Source of the DNA: Octopus sinensis
Lineage: Eukaryota
Direction of reading: 5' to 3'
Assembly (NCBI RefSeq): GCF_006345805.1
Contig: NC_043026.1
Coordinates: forward strand, 2,790,001-2,854,000
Length of the DNA stretch: 64,000 nt
The notes beneath the pieces are model-generated. The model was not told the origin of the DNA. It searched no databases and saw only the letters and a program-made list of their open reading frames with translations. Positions 1 to 13,285 of the stretch are shown here, piece after piece. The position numbers and the translations under genes are program-made. Position 1 is the stretch's first letter. Each line of letters starts with the position of its first letter.

Positions 1-409
1 TATGCACCACATTGCAGAGATCGGCACTTAATCAGTGCAGCCCAAATTTGGAAACAATTGGAACAAAATGGAAAAAATATGAAATTTGTGGCAGCAACCA
101 GAGAGATCCTAATTATTTGCTAACGAGGTTCCTTTGGTCAAACAGCCAAAATATCGTCTCCATATTTTTTAGATATTAATTTGTGTATTTTTAATTATTT
201 TTGCATATTAATGATTAATTTTTTCTCTTCTCTTTTTTTTTTTTAAATCTCTCCATACACTTCACTCTTACTTTCCCCCAACAACCTTCTCTATACTATT
301 AATACCTTCACCACTACCACCACCACCACCCCTACCATTACTATCAACAACACTAACTCCATCTCCACACCATGCCACCCACCCACCCACCCATGACCAT
401 CACTGACAG

Positions 410-608
410 CTCTCCCAGAGAATGCCGTCAAAGGTATATTGCGGTACCTTTTGCTGACACTGGGTCGTTACCAAGACCGTCGGTCCCAGCTGGCTGTACA
501 GGATGTTGTGTCACAGTTGGCCCTCAAGCATCCGCAGGCCACCCTCAAGTGCATCTCTACCTCTCTTGCAAACTTTGCCAACCTTCAGAAGACTTGTGGC
601 GCCTCCAG
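410..608 (+). CDS. GCN1: GCN1 coding exon (first in window; LPENAVKGILRYLLLTLGRYQD...)
   Basis: Acceptor cactgacag|, donor |gtaagt; translation matches the human GCN1 N-terminus (LPEGAVKGLCKLFCLTLHRYRD, recalled); phase 1 in, phase 2 out. Confidence 0.9.
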
Positions 609-1379
609 GTAAGTCTTAGTTCCAGTGTCTGGTGTGTGTGTGTGTGTGTGTGTGTGTGTGCATCCAGGCCCAGAATGGAACTCTAAATGTTCCTGTGGCT
701 GTGTGGTAAGTAGCCTGCTTACCAACCACATGGTTCCAGGTTCAGTCCCACTGCATAGCACCTTGGACAAGTGTCTTCTTCTATAGCCTCTGGCCAACCA
801 AAGCCTTGTGAGTGGATTTGGTAGACGGAAATTGAAAGAAGCTCTTTGTATATTTATTTATATGTATATGCATTTGTGTATCTGTGTTTGTCCCTTTCCC
901 CCCGCCCACCCACTATCACTTGCCAACAGATGTTGGTGTGTTTATGTTCCCATAGCATAGCAGTTCAGCAAAAGAGACTGATCGGATAAGTACTAGGCTT
1001 ACAAAGAATAAGTCCTGGGGTAGGTTTGTTCAACTGAAGGTGGTGCTCCAGCACGGCCGCAGTCAAATGGTTGAAACAAATAAAAAGAAAAAAAAACACA
1101 TACATGGACATGAGCAGACTTATACATATTTTTATTAGTTATTTCACTGTGGCCATGCTGGAGCACTGCCTTTAGTCGAACAAATCAACTCCAGGACTTA
1201 CTCTTTGTAAGCCTAGTACTTATTCTGTCGGTCTCTTTTGTCAAACTGCTAACTTACAGGGATGTAAACACACCAACATCGGTTGTCATACGATGGCAGC
1301 AGGGACAAACACAGACACACAAATATATACATACATACATACATACATTATATATATATAATATATATATGTATGTATG

Positions 1380-1428
<49 letters not shown>

Positions 1429-1524
1429 ATATATATATATATATATATGTATGTTTATGTGTATATATATTATATATATATGTATGTTTATGTGTATATA
1501 TATATATATATATATATGTATGTT

Positions 1525-1565
<41 letters not shown>

Positions 1566-1591
1566 TTATGTGTATATATATATATATATAT

Positions 1592-3258
1592 ACTGCAGAG
1601 ATACCCGCTGTTGCCTGTGTTACATTCAATTGAAGAATTAGACTTCTCTGTTAGATTTTCTATAATGAACTGGAATATCTGTGTTTCGAATTTCATCAAA
1701 ATTGCAGATGAGGGTTATTTCCTTCTTTACACACCCTAAAAAGAAATTGTAATCGTGCCACATGTATCCCATACTACTTATTTATATGAGCAGATTCCAA
1801 AATTGCAGTCTTATAGAACCCGTTAAAAGAATTTTGCTCCTGAGAAATGGAGGTCATGGAGCTCTAAAATGTGAGAGTTAAGGCCCCTATTAGGGATGGG
1901 TGTCTTAATGTCAACCAGAGAAGTTATATTGTTGAGAATCTTTTTAACTTGGTTCTTATATCTATTGTTTGAATTTCTTTGAGATAGAAAATATATGTTC
2001 ACTGGGTTTGTAAAAGAGAGCAAAGCTACAGGAACTCAAAAGACGAATGATCACAATAAGCAGTCAGCTACCCTAGTCGTTACCACTCCCAATGTCGGAT
2101 TCCTCACCGTCCAGGTGACAGGTACAGCTGTAAGATGCATTACAGATCTATAGCAATTGGAAGAGCATGACCCAACTGAAATAAACATTAACAACTGTGT
2201 AACATGAAGGCTAAGGAGACATGAAAGTGTCACCTCTGGAGTTTGCAAATGACCACTATACTGATACGTAACTGGACAGAATAAATTTACAATCTATAAA
2301 TGTCTTTCAATAACCAGTCACTCATCTGGGAAGGCCTTGAAATCAATGTTACCATCTGGGGACTATGTGTAACCCAGTGATAATAAAAAGACTGAAAGGA
2401 GATCTGCAATCAAATAACTTTACTCAACACTTTGCAACTGAATCAGTGGAGGCAAAGATGCCTCTCACTTACTTGACAATTTATGCACCACATTGCAGAA
2501 ATCACAATCTAAGTGTATGTCAAAGCAAAGTGTTACACTGTTGTACCATTGGATTACAAATAATGCTCATCTTTTATGCTCGGGTAACCATACAGCTTCC
2601 AAGAGTACAACTGTATTCATCTCTGCTTAGATAAAACGACTGAATTGTGGGTGTTAAGTGCCCACGAAGAGGTCTTTCTAAATTCTAAGATGAAATTTTA
2701 GAAATATTACTTCATTTGTGATTAAAATTTCATCAACAGCCAAAATATATGAATTTTCATGGGGATTATGGCCCTTATACATAGAATATAATTTCCAAAT
2801 TTCATAAAGATCCATTCAGTACTTTTGACCTAGTTTTGGATCATAAAAGAAATGACTAAAATTTGGGAGTTAAGGCCCCTGTTAGGGGGTCTTAAAATCC
2901 TCATGAGAAGTGGAAACTTTGAGAATACTTGTTGATATGTGTCAATTACCCATGGTTGAAATTTCACCAACATTGAAATTTTATGAATTTTCATGGGGGT
3001 TCTGCCTCCTATAAGCCATCACAAATTCAAACCAAACATACTGCATTATACTCACCCTTATACATTGAATCTAAGTTTCAAATATCATAAGGATCCATTC
3101 AGTAATTTTGGTCCATCAAATTATATAAAACACACAGCATTACGCTTTTCCCTAGGCTTCAATTTTGTGTTCCAAATCTCATTAGGATCGGTGCAGCAAT
3201 TTTCAAATATATAAGTAACACACAGACACACATAAAGACATTGACTTTTATATAATAG
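1592..3258 (-). mobile_element. Old Helitron-like element
   Basis: Degenerate 3' hairpin plus CTGCAG near 1592-1620 and a TATATAAAAG-(GT)n 5'-like end near 3258; boundaries approximate. Confidence 0.35.
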
Positions 3259-5354
3259 TTACAAATATGCACATATACATACATGTATGTGTGTGTGTAA
3301 TATATATATATATTTGTATGTATCTATATATACACACACATACACTTACATATATACATATATATACGATTGATTTCTTTCAGTTTCTGTCTACAAAATC
3401 CACTCAGAAGGCTTTGATTGGTCTGAGGCTATAACAGAAGACACATGCCAAGTCACCACACAGTGGAACTGAACCCAGGACCGTGTGTTTTGGAACCAAG
3501 TTTCTTACCACACAGCCACACCTGCACCTATGTATATATGTGTGTGTATGGGTGTATATATGTATGCATGTATATGTGTACATATTACATGTACATCTAT
3601 ATATATCTACATGTATACATATACTTCTTTATATATATATATACACACACACATCTATATATATACATTTGTACAGATGTATACATATATATATTCAGTA
3701 TGAAAGTAAAACTATTAAAATGAAAATATCTGACATTACAATAGAGAGATGTTTTTGTTTCACTTTTAACATGTAATACTGAAATAGTGGGGGAGATATG
3801 ATACTGCTCTGGGCTCGCACTAGGCAAGAAGTTAAAATTTTTTTGGGCTTGTGACACTAGATGGACCCTAAATAAGGCATGTGAAAAAATTTGAATGAAA
3901 TTGGTTGTGTAGTTCTCAAGCTTTAAGGATTCACACAGACAGATAGACACACATTCTCATCTTTATATATAAAGATATATATGACAGGCTTCTTTCGGTT
4001 TCCGCCTACCAAATCAGAGCTTGGTTGGCCCGAGGCTATAGTAGAAGACACTTGCCCAAGGTACCGTGCAGTGGGACTGAACCCGGAACCTTGGGGTTGG
4101 GAAAGTGTGTGTGGTGGTATGTCTGTGTATCTGATCATCATTTAATGTCCTTTGTCCTTGCTAACATGAGCTGGACGATTTGACCAGAGCTATATATGAA
4201 TCTATAGCCTGGCTCTCTCTCAGTTACGATGAATGATCCAGTTGATACAATTAACAGAACCACCTGCTCAGGAAAATGAAATTAACATGCAGGTGGTTGA
4301 GTACTCCACAGACGTGTGTCCTTAACGTAGTTCTCAGGGAGAATCAGCATGACATAGACTGTGACAAGGCTGGCCCTTTTTTTAATGACCGGTACTATTC
4401 ATTTTTGACTGCCGAGTGGACAGGAGCAACAAAAGTGTCTTCCTTCAAGGCCACTATACACTGCTAGGAATTGAACCTCTGATCTCATGATTGTAAGCCG
4501 AATACTCAATCCCAGTGTTTCCCAGCCTTTTTTTTTTGCCAGTGACCCACTTTTTAATAACAAGAAATCTGGTGTCCATCAGTATTTTCCTTTTTTAGGG
4601 AGCTTGCTTCCTAGCTACATGGTTTCGGGTTCAGTCCCACTGCGTGGCACTTTGGGTAGGTGTCTTCCGCTATAGCCCCGAGCTGACCGGAGCTTTGTGA
4701 TTGAATTCGGTAGGCGGGAGTTACTGCCATGTGTGTATGTGTGTGTATAGCTGCTCAGTGCCTCTCCGAAAGAGAGAGAGGGGGAATATAGAAACAAGAT
4801 TTTTAATTCAATTACCTGGCTGATGGTCACCTTGTCTCGTTTAGTGAGAGCCCGGCACCCAGTGCATACGGCACAGATCCTTGATTTGAGGAGACAGTTT
4901 TGTTCACTTCAGCCGTCAATCACCCCATTTTGTAATTTGAAGCCGGTTTTCCTTGGCTTCCAGCAAATTGTCAACTGCACTAAATCCACATTCGACCAAA
5001 TAGGCGCAGGAGTGGCTGTGTGGTAAGTAGCTTGTTTACCAACCACATGGTTCCGGTTTCAGTCCCACTGCGTGGCATCTTGGGCAAGTGTCTTCTACTA
5101 TAGCCTGGGCCAACCAAAGCCTTGTGAGTGGATTGGTAGACGGAAAAGAAGAAGCCCGTCGTATATATATATATAATATACACACACGTAGAAGTGGCTG
5201 TGTGGTAAGTAGCTTGTTTACCAACCACATGGTTCCGGGTTCAGTCCCAATGCGTGACACCTTGGGCAAGTGTCTTCTACTATAGCCTCGGGCCGACCAA
5301 AGCCTTGTGAGTGGATTGGTAGACGGAAACTGAAAGAAGCCCGTCGTATATATG

Positions 5355-5400
<46 letters not shown>

Positions 5401-6414
5401 TGGCCCCGTGCCGGTGACACTAAAAGCACCATCCGCTCGGTTCGTTGCCAGCCTCGGCTGGCCCCGTGCCGGTGACACGTAAAAGCACCATCCGTTCATG
5501 TTCGTTGCCAGCCTCGGCTGGCCCCCGTGCCGGTGACACGTTAAAAGCACCGTCCGTTCGTGGCCGTTTGCCAGCTCTGTCTGGCCCCGTGTCGGTGGCA
5601 CGTAAAAGCACCATCCGCTCGTGTTCGTTGCCAGCCTCGGCTGGCCCCGTGCCGGTGACACGTAAAAGCACCATCCGTTCGTGGCATTGTGCCAGCTCTG
5701 TCTGGCACCTGTGCAGGTGGCACGTAAAAAACACCCACTACACTCGCGGAGTGGTTGGCGTTAGGAAGGGCATCCAGCCGTAGAAACACTGCCAAATCTG
5801 ACTGGGCCTGATGAAGCCTTCCGGCTTCACAGACCCCAGTTAAACCGTCCAACCCATGCTAGCATGGAAAACGGACGCTAAACGATGATGATGATATGTG
5901 TGTGTGTGTTTGTCCCCCTAGCATTGCTTGACAATGGATGCTAGTGTGTTTATGTCCCCGTCACTTAGTGGTTCAGCAAAAGAGACCGATAGAATAAGTA
6001 CTGGGCTTACAAAAGAAGTCCCGGGGTCGAGTTGCTCGATTAAAAAAGGCGGTGCTCCAGCATGGCCGCAGTCAAATGACTGAAACAAGTAAAAAAAAAA
6101 AAAAGACGAAGGACAATGAATCAATAATTCTCTTGCTGACATTAAATATTGAAACAGAGAACAAACGCCTGACAAATGCAGGTGCCTCACTCGTTATGCT
6201 GATTGGTCGTACCTACATCGATTCCCATGGTTTCAGTATAGATTTTGCACGGCAATGTTTTTTACTTTTTCGTTTCAATGTCCAAAGATAAGCTACAATC
6301 TGACAAGTGTGTGCCCACGTCTCTTGCAAATACTTTCACAGCCCATGCTAATGCACGCCCCGCTGTGGGGAAACGTGGCTCTAACCATTAAGAGTTGTAT
6401 TACAATATAGTATG

Positions 6415-7143
6415 TGATCAAACCCTACTTGTGGAGACCTGTTGAGGCAAGTGAAAATCGAAATCGAAATCTTTCAACATCAATGGAAATTGTAGCTGAG
6501 ATACCAGTGTCGGTGGCACGTAAGAGAACCGTCCGAACGTGGCCGTTGCCAGCGCTGCCCCAACTGGCCTCCGTGCCGGTGGCACGAAAAAGCACCATCC
6601 GATCGTGGCCGTTTGCCAGCCTCGTGTGGCACGAAAAAGCACCATCCGATCGTGGCCGTTTGCCAGCCTCGTGTGCACGAAAAAGCACCATCCGATCGTG
6701 GCCGTTTGCCACCTCGTGTGGCACGAAAAAGCACCATCCATCGTGGCCGTTTGCCGCTCGTGTTGCACTAAAAAGCACCATCCGATCGTGGCCGTTTGCC
6801 AGCCTCGTGTGGCACGTAAAAAGCACCATCCGATCGTGGCCGTTTGCCAGCCTCGTGTGGCACATAAAAAGCACCATCCGATCGTGGCCGTTTGCCAGCC
6901 TCGTGTGGCACGTAAAAAGCACCATCCGATCGTGGCCGTTTGCCAGTATCGTCTGGCACCTGTGCCGGTGGCACATAAAAAGCACCCACTACACTTTCGG
7001 AGTGGTTGGCATTAGGAAGGGCATCCAGCTGTAGAAACACTGCCGGATCAGACTGGGTCTGGCGCAGCCTCCTGGCTTCCCAGACCCCAGTTGAACTGTC
7101 CAACCCATGCCAGCATGGAAAGCGGATGCTAAACGATGATGAT
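6415..7143 (+). mobile_element. RTE-tailed non-autonomous retroposon with internal tandem repeat (family C)
   Basis: Internal AAAAGCACCATCCGATCGTGGCCGTTTGCCAG units, then GGTTGGCATTAGGAAGGGCATCCAGCTGTAGAAAC and a (GAT)n tail. Related copies near 5398-5893, 19030-20150, 26860-27090, 33680-33995, 34950-35260(-), 36430-36840, 49490-49730(-), 61860-62040. Confidence 0.7.
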
Positions 7144-7546
7144 GATGTGTGTATTCACTTCTGCTGCTTTGGTCCAGCTGCTTCCTTCCAGCCATTTTTT
7201 TTACACCAACATTAACGTTATGGGACAACTGTAGGAGTGGTGGTCACTATAACCATCCCTTATAAGGCGGTGAGCACGCCGGGCGAAATGCTGGAAGGTA
7301 TTTCGTCTGCCGTTACGTCTTGAGTTGAAATTCCGCCAAGGTCGACTTTGCCTTTCATCCTTTCAGGGTCGATAAATAAAGTACCAGTTATGCACTGGGG
7401 TCGATGTAACCGACTTAATCCCTTTGTCTGTCCTTGTTTGTCCCCTCTATGTTTAGCCCCTTGTGGGCAATAAAGAAATATATAACCATCCCTTATCGCT
7501 TGCCACTCAATGATTGCAACCTTTGTTTTTTTTTTCTTTCTTTCAG

Positions 7547-7655
7547 TAAAGCTGTTTCTACCGAGTCCCTACAAGCCCTCATCTGGACGTGTATTGTGGC
7601 AGACCAAGTTTTTGCCCCTGACAAATCCAGCTCCACTGATGACCTGAAAGCCCTG
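7547..7655 (+). CDS. GCN1: GCN1 exon (SKAVSTESLQALIWTCIVADQVF...)
   Basis: Poly-Y tttcag| acceptor, |gtaagt donor, 109 nt; matches human ALLALTWTCLL region. Confidence 0.92.
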
Positions 7656-9185
7656 GTAAGTGACCGGCCCAGTCTGCTGCTGCTGCTTCTGGCCTCGTTT
7701 ATCACGGGAGTTTGGTTCCAAACAGAAAACCAGGCACTTCGTGCAGTTTCATCTTTTATCTGTTCTCTTGTTTCAGTCATTGGACTGTGGCCACACTGGA
7801 GCACTGCCTCAAAGAAGTTTTAGTCGAATGAATCAACCCCAGGACTTGATTTTGTTAACTCTGCTACTTATTCTGAATCAATAAGTTACAGGGATGTAAA
7901 CACACCAACACCGGTTATCAAGCAGTGGGGGGGGGGGCAGACACAAAAACACATGCCCATGTATATATATATATTATAAGTAGCTTGCTAACCAACCACA
8001 TGGTTCCGGGTTCAGTCCCACTGCGTGGCATCTTGGGCAAGTGTCTTCTGCTATAGCCCCGGGCCGACCAATGCCTTGTGAGTGGATTTGGTAGACGGAA
8101 ACTGAAAGAAGCCCGTCGTATATATATATAAATATATGCGTGTGTGTGTCTGTGTTTGTCCCCCTAGCATTGCTTGACAACCGATGCTGGTGTGTTTACG
8201 TCCCCGTCACTTAGCGGTTCGGCAAAAGAGACCGATAGAATAAGTACTGGGCTTACAAAGAATAAGTCCTGGGGTCGATTTGCTCGACTAAAAAGGTGGT
8301 GCTCCAGCATGGCCGCAGTGAAATGACTGAAACAAGTAAAAGAGGGAGAGAGAGAGAGTAAGCAAAATCAGGAAATGACATTATTTGATTAATTTTCACT
8401 GTGCTGATGTCCTCCAATTGTAAATTCCTCATCATTTAATGTCCATCTTCCATGCTGGCATGGCTTGGACGGTCAGCTGGGGAGCTGTCCAAACTCCAAG
8501 TGTCTCTTGTCGTATGGTTTCTTCAGCTGGATAGTCTTTCTTTTGCCAGATTATTGGCGCTCAAACATCTCTCACCTATTTTCTGTCCATTTTCTCTGTC
8601 TAATTCTTTTTCCCATTCTCTCTAATCATCTTTCTCTCTCTAATCCACCTCTAGTCATCTGTTTCTCTAATCCTTTCTTTCTAGTCTCTTCTCTAATTCT
8701 TCCTCTTTAATCATCTCTTTCTCATCTCCACTCTGTAATCTTCTTTCTCCATCTCTCCCTAATCCTTTCTCCTTAATCTCTCTCACTCTCTCTTTAATGT
8801 CTTTCTCTCTAATCATCTCTCTCCCTCTCTATTTCCCACTCTCTAATCTCTCCTCTCCCTCTTTAATTTCATCTCTCTTGAATCTTCTGTAATCCTCTTT
8901 ATCCCTAATCCTCTCTTCTCTTCCTCTCTAATTCCCCTTCTTTAGTCATCTCTCTCTGATCTCTTCTCTATAATCCTCTTTCTTCATCTCTCCCTAATCC
9001 TCTTTCTTCATCTCTCCCTAATCCTTTCTTTTTAATCTCTCTCTTTCTCCTTAATTCTTTCTCTCTAATCTCTCTCCTCTAATTCTTCCTCTTTAATCAT
9101 CTCTCTCTAATCCACTCTCTTTAAATCTCCTTCCTCTCTCTCTCTCTCTCTCTCTCTAATGCTCTCTTTCTTCCTCTTCCACCAG

Positions 9186-9284
9186 GTGTCTCTACAGTCA
9201 CTCCTTCTCTATGGATGCCACTCGGCCCGTCTCAACACACTCAATGCCGTTGCATACAAACACATTTCCAGGTTGTGGAAGAAG
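9186..9284 (+). CDS. GCN1: GCN1 exon (VSLQSLLLYG...ISRLWKK)
   Basis: ccag| and |gtaagt, 99 nt, phase 0/0; matches human VEVQCLLL...LTKLWKE. Confidence 0.9.
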
Positions 9285-9308
9285 GTAAGTGCTTTTGGCT
9301 GTGTCTTG

Positions 9309-9342
<34 letters not shown>

Positions 9343-9489
9343 TGGTGCATCATTGTTAATTGCTGCTGCCAACCAACAGTGATTCCCACCCTGGGGTCCA
9401 CAGATCCCTGCTGGTTTGCAAAGGTAGTACTGGAGGTCAAAATTTCATATATATATATATATATACATATATATTTATGTATATACACA

Positions 9490-9668
9490 CCGGAGTAAAC
9501 ACATAAATGTGAACCAAGGTGGAAAAAAGAGTACTCAAATACCAGTGGTAGAGTAATATGCTTTATTTAAAAGTAGCAGAAAATTCTAGCAAAAACTGTC
9601 CGACGAACGGGAACGTGAAACTCAGAGTAACAGGTTTTGTTGAATTTTCTGCTGCTTTAAATAAAGTA
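9490..9668 (+). mobile_element. Short fold-back repeat carrying a family A hammerhead (putative non-autonomous Penelope-like element)
   Basis: Same family as 39678-39865 (inverted) and related to 55630-55880; hammerhead at 9596-9633 with CCGACGA core; sits between (TA)n tracts. Confidence 0.55.
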
Positions 9669-9992
9669 TATATATATATATATATATAAGCGAGAAAGAA
9701 GCAACAAGAATGGATAGGTTTTTAGTACAATCGTTTCATACAAGGACAGGCTTTATTAAAAGTTGTAAAAATTACAGCATATAAACGTGTCCCGTACTCA
9801 TCAGCTAAAATACATGTGAGTTCTCTAGACATCCTAGTGGTTGAGGCTATACTCATGAAGTAATTTTTCTCGCTTATAATCACCCCACATTACTGTATTG
9901 TTAAAACAGTATAGTTTTTTTTTTGGTGCATCTAAGTTAGGTACCATATTCAAGTAAATTCATTTAAATTAACTTGAATCTTTATTGCTTTT

Positions 9993-10044
<52 letters not shown>

Positions 10045-10179
10045 CATATATATATGTACATATATATATATATATATGTACATATATATATATATATACA
10101 TATATATGTACATATATATATATACATATATATATATGTACACATATATATATATATACATATATATATATATGTACAC

Positions 10180-10211
<32 letters not shown>

Positions 10212-10396
10212 GTACACATATATATATGTATATATATATATATATATATATGTACACACACACACATAAGGATCAGCAAATTAAAAGGGGTCTGTGGGAA
10301 AATTCATTTAAATAAGATTGGGAACCATTAGTCCACTACAGTACTAAACTCTGCAACAGGTACTGCAGCACTATACCCAGGGATACTACAATACTG

Positions 10397-11091
10397 GGAT
10401 CTTTTCCTTTTGAACAGCACTTTTCAACACAATTTCTAGTTAACTTCGTATACTGGTAGAATGTGTCAAAATAAAACATTTTCTTCTCTTGGCTTTCTTG
10501 AGAAAATTGTAATTTGTTTGTTTAACGTAGTTTAATTTTTCGAATTTTAACCAATCCTATGGCCTCTATTGAGCTAAAATCATTTGCTGCGTCTAAAACT
10601 GAGACAACATCCTGTCACTAGCCCTAACTCTAACCCTCACCCTAAATTTTAGCCTTTTGGGGGTTTTTTTTTCTTAATTGTTAAATTAATTTAAGGATAA
10701 CAATTAAGAAAAAAACCGAAAGGCTAAAACGAAAGCAAAAACTCAAAACAAAAACAAAACGAATAATTTTAGACACACGCGTAACAATTAAATTAATTTA
10801 ACAATTAAGAAAAAAAAACAACCAAAGGCTAAAATTTAGGGTGAGGGTTAGGGTTAGTGACAGGATGTTGTCTCAGTTTTAGACGCAGCAAATGATTTTA
10901 GCTCAATAGAGGGCATAGGATTGGTTAAAATACGAAAAATTAAACTACGTTAAACTTACAAATTACAATTTTCTCAAGAATGCCAAGAGAAAAATGTTTT
11001 ATTTTGACACATTCTACCAGTATACGAAGTTTAAAAGTGGTTAGTTAACTAGAAATTGTGTTGAAAACTGCCGTTCAAACGGAAAAGATCC
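10397..11091. mobile_element. Fold-back/MITE with arms of about 290 bp containing TTAGGG-like repeats
   Basis: GGATCTTTTCC...GGAAAAGATCC; ccctaactctaaccctcaccctaa in the left arm and ttagggtgagggttagggttag in the right. Confidence 0.7.
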
Positions 11092-11709
11092 TAATGCTGT
11101 CACCCACACAGCAATAACAACAAGCAATGTAGCTTCTCACTGGTAGAAATAGCTGTCAAGTCTGTCACAAATCACATCTGTTGTTGTTATAAAAGGAAGG
11201 ACACATAACGTTATGGTCACTGTTGGAGTGCATTGCATTACATGTGTCTGTTTGGTCAGACCAGACCTGGGGTTAAACAACAACAACAACAGCAGTCACT
11301 CACTTTCATCCATGTCACCTAATAATAATAATAATAATAATAATAATTTCAAGTTTTGGTTCATGGCCAGCGAATAATAATAACACATCGACCCCAGTGC
11401 GCAACTGGTACTTATTTTATCAACCCCGTGAGAATAAAAGGCAAAGTTGACCACAGCAGAGTTTGAACTCAGACCATAAAGACAGGTGAAATCCCACTAA
11501 GCATTTTACCCAGTGTGCTAAAGATTCTGCCAGCTGGCCACCTTATTATTTAATCATTTCTACTGGAGGCACAAGGCCCCGAATTTGGCAGGAGGGGACT
11601 AGTTGATTACGTCGGCCTCAGCAGGATTTGAACTCAGAACGTAAAGACAGATAAAATGCCATTAAATATATTGCTCAGTGTGCTTACAATTCTGCCAGCT
11701 CGCCACCTC

Positions 11710-11740
<31 letters not shown>

Positions 11741-11749
11741 TTATCATGT

Positions 11750-12260
11750 ACATTGTTTTGTCTTGGTATAAAAGATGGGCTACAGCAAATATTCTGCTCA
11801 ATATCACAAATTTGCTTGTCAGTTGTTTGACCTTAACCAGTTGACCATGTCCCTTGGTGGCTGACGATATGTGCATCTCTGATCATGAGCAGAAGTAGTG
11901 GAGGAGCATCATAGCCATGTGTTGAGAGGGATTCTTTGGGGTTTGAATGATTCACCTCTGGAAACATGGGTGGTTCTTTCAACATCCTTAAACAACCCTT
12001 ATTCAGGGACCTTTTGAGCGGGATGGGCTACTCGACCTGAAGAAAATTCTAACTGGGCCTCACCTGCAAGGTCATGTGCTGCTTATCTTGATATGAGATC
12101 ACCATGAGCGCACATATGGTTGTGATGCATGTGCCTGGTGCTGTACCCTTATCGGACGGGTAGTCATGATGGGTATATTGGGCTTCGTATATTTTACCCC
12201 AGTGTCACTTTGATGGCATGAACTGCTCTCTCACTCAATAATAATAATAATAATAATGAT
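11750..12260 (+). mobile_element. LINE-like 3' fragment with (AAT)n tail
   Basis: Near-identical copies at about 23290-24060(-) and 52480-52890(+); clade not assignable. Confidence 0.55.
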
Positions 12261-12313
12261 GATGATGATGTTTCTTCCTCTTTTTCTTTCTCTTCATTCT
12301 TCCCCTGGTGCAG

Positions 12314-12448
12314 TCGCCTGCAACCGTGCAGTTGTACACGGAATATTTGACGTCACTGGAAGGTGCACCACACCTGCTCAGCCTCGCTTCGCTTGTGATG
12401 CAGCATCTGCATGACACCAAGAACAAAGAATGCATCCAGGCATGCAAG
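12314..12448 (+). CDS. GCN1: GCN1 exon (SPATVQLYTEYLTSLE...IQACK)
   Basis: gcag| and |gtaagt, 135 nt, phase 0/0; matches human NPGLVEQYLSAILSLE. Confidence 0.88.
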
Positions 12449-12794
12449 GTAAGTGAAGCATGTCAATGCAAGTGCCATTGACATATGTTGAGGAATGCAT
12501 GCGTTCGGGTGGAGATTTGTGTCTGTGTGTGCACATACCGGGTGCAGTGGGTAAATTGTTGCCATTTTATATTGTTAATTTTGTGCATATGCATTGTTTA
12601 TTTTTAATTTTGTTCACTACACAGTATAGTAGGGTCAGTTGGGCACTGTTTGTGAGGAAAACAGTACCATGATGCAATTCACTGTGCCAGAAATTTGGAA
12701 ACAACATGCTGTACTGCTTTGCATTCATTCTGGAAGCTTCAATACGAACATTTCAGTGTTTGGATGTCAGTCTGAGGATGTGTACTGAAAGTGA

Positions 12795-13285
12795 TAAAAA
12801 TCAAACATCCAGTCAACATCATGGTCATGGTGTTTGGAGTGATCATTAGTGATGGCGACATCGTGCCTCCATCCATCTTCCCACGCGGTCTCAGACTCAA
12901 CACAGGCCTACTTCAAGTGCCTGAAGGAGGTAGTCCTGCCCTGTGGTGAAAAGGGTGGTTGCTGGAGGACCCTGTCTGGCAACAGGACTCTGCACCATGC
13001 CACACAAGCAGGAGAACCCAGTCATGGTTGTCAGACAGTTTCTGCAGCCACGTCACCCCTAACATCTGGCCACCTAACTCCCCAGCCTGCAACCCCCTTA
13101 ATTATTGTGTGGGGCACAGTTGAGCGAGAGACCAACAACACTCCTTGTAACACCAAAGATGGGTGAAGGCAAGGATTATGGCAGCATTGATCAACTTAAA
13201 CAAGGAGACCATCCAGAAGAGATGCTGGAGATTCCAAAGTCATCGGGAGTCTGTGGTTGAAGCCAATGGCGATTTTATTGAATAA
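12795..13285 (+). pseudogene. Tc1/mariner transposase relic, DD37D (maT-type) spacing
   Basis: Frameshifted translation KHPVNIMVMVFGVI...WQQDSAPCHTSRRTQSWL...WPPNSPACNPL(N)Y...VWGTVE...EANGDFIE; 37 residues between the second D and the third catalytic position, which is mutated to N. Confidence 0.75.

Noticed and set aside
1283-1739. Long YI/CV/HT-rich ORFs here and at 9950-10315, 14332-14822 and 42940-43536
   Set aside because: Translations of (TA)n, (TG)n and (TACA)n microsatellites, which lack stops by composition
5806-5830. CTGATGA followed by an AGCC/GGCT hairpin
   Set aside because: No GAAA follows; sister copies read CTGGTGCAGCC, so this is a chance variant
9775-9815. Minus-strand CTGATGAGTACGGG...ACGTT
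   Set aside because: GAAA and the 3' strand of helix II are missing; at most a deleted remnant
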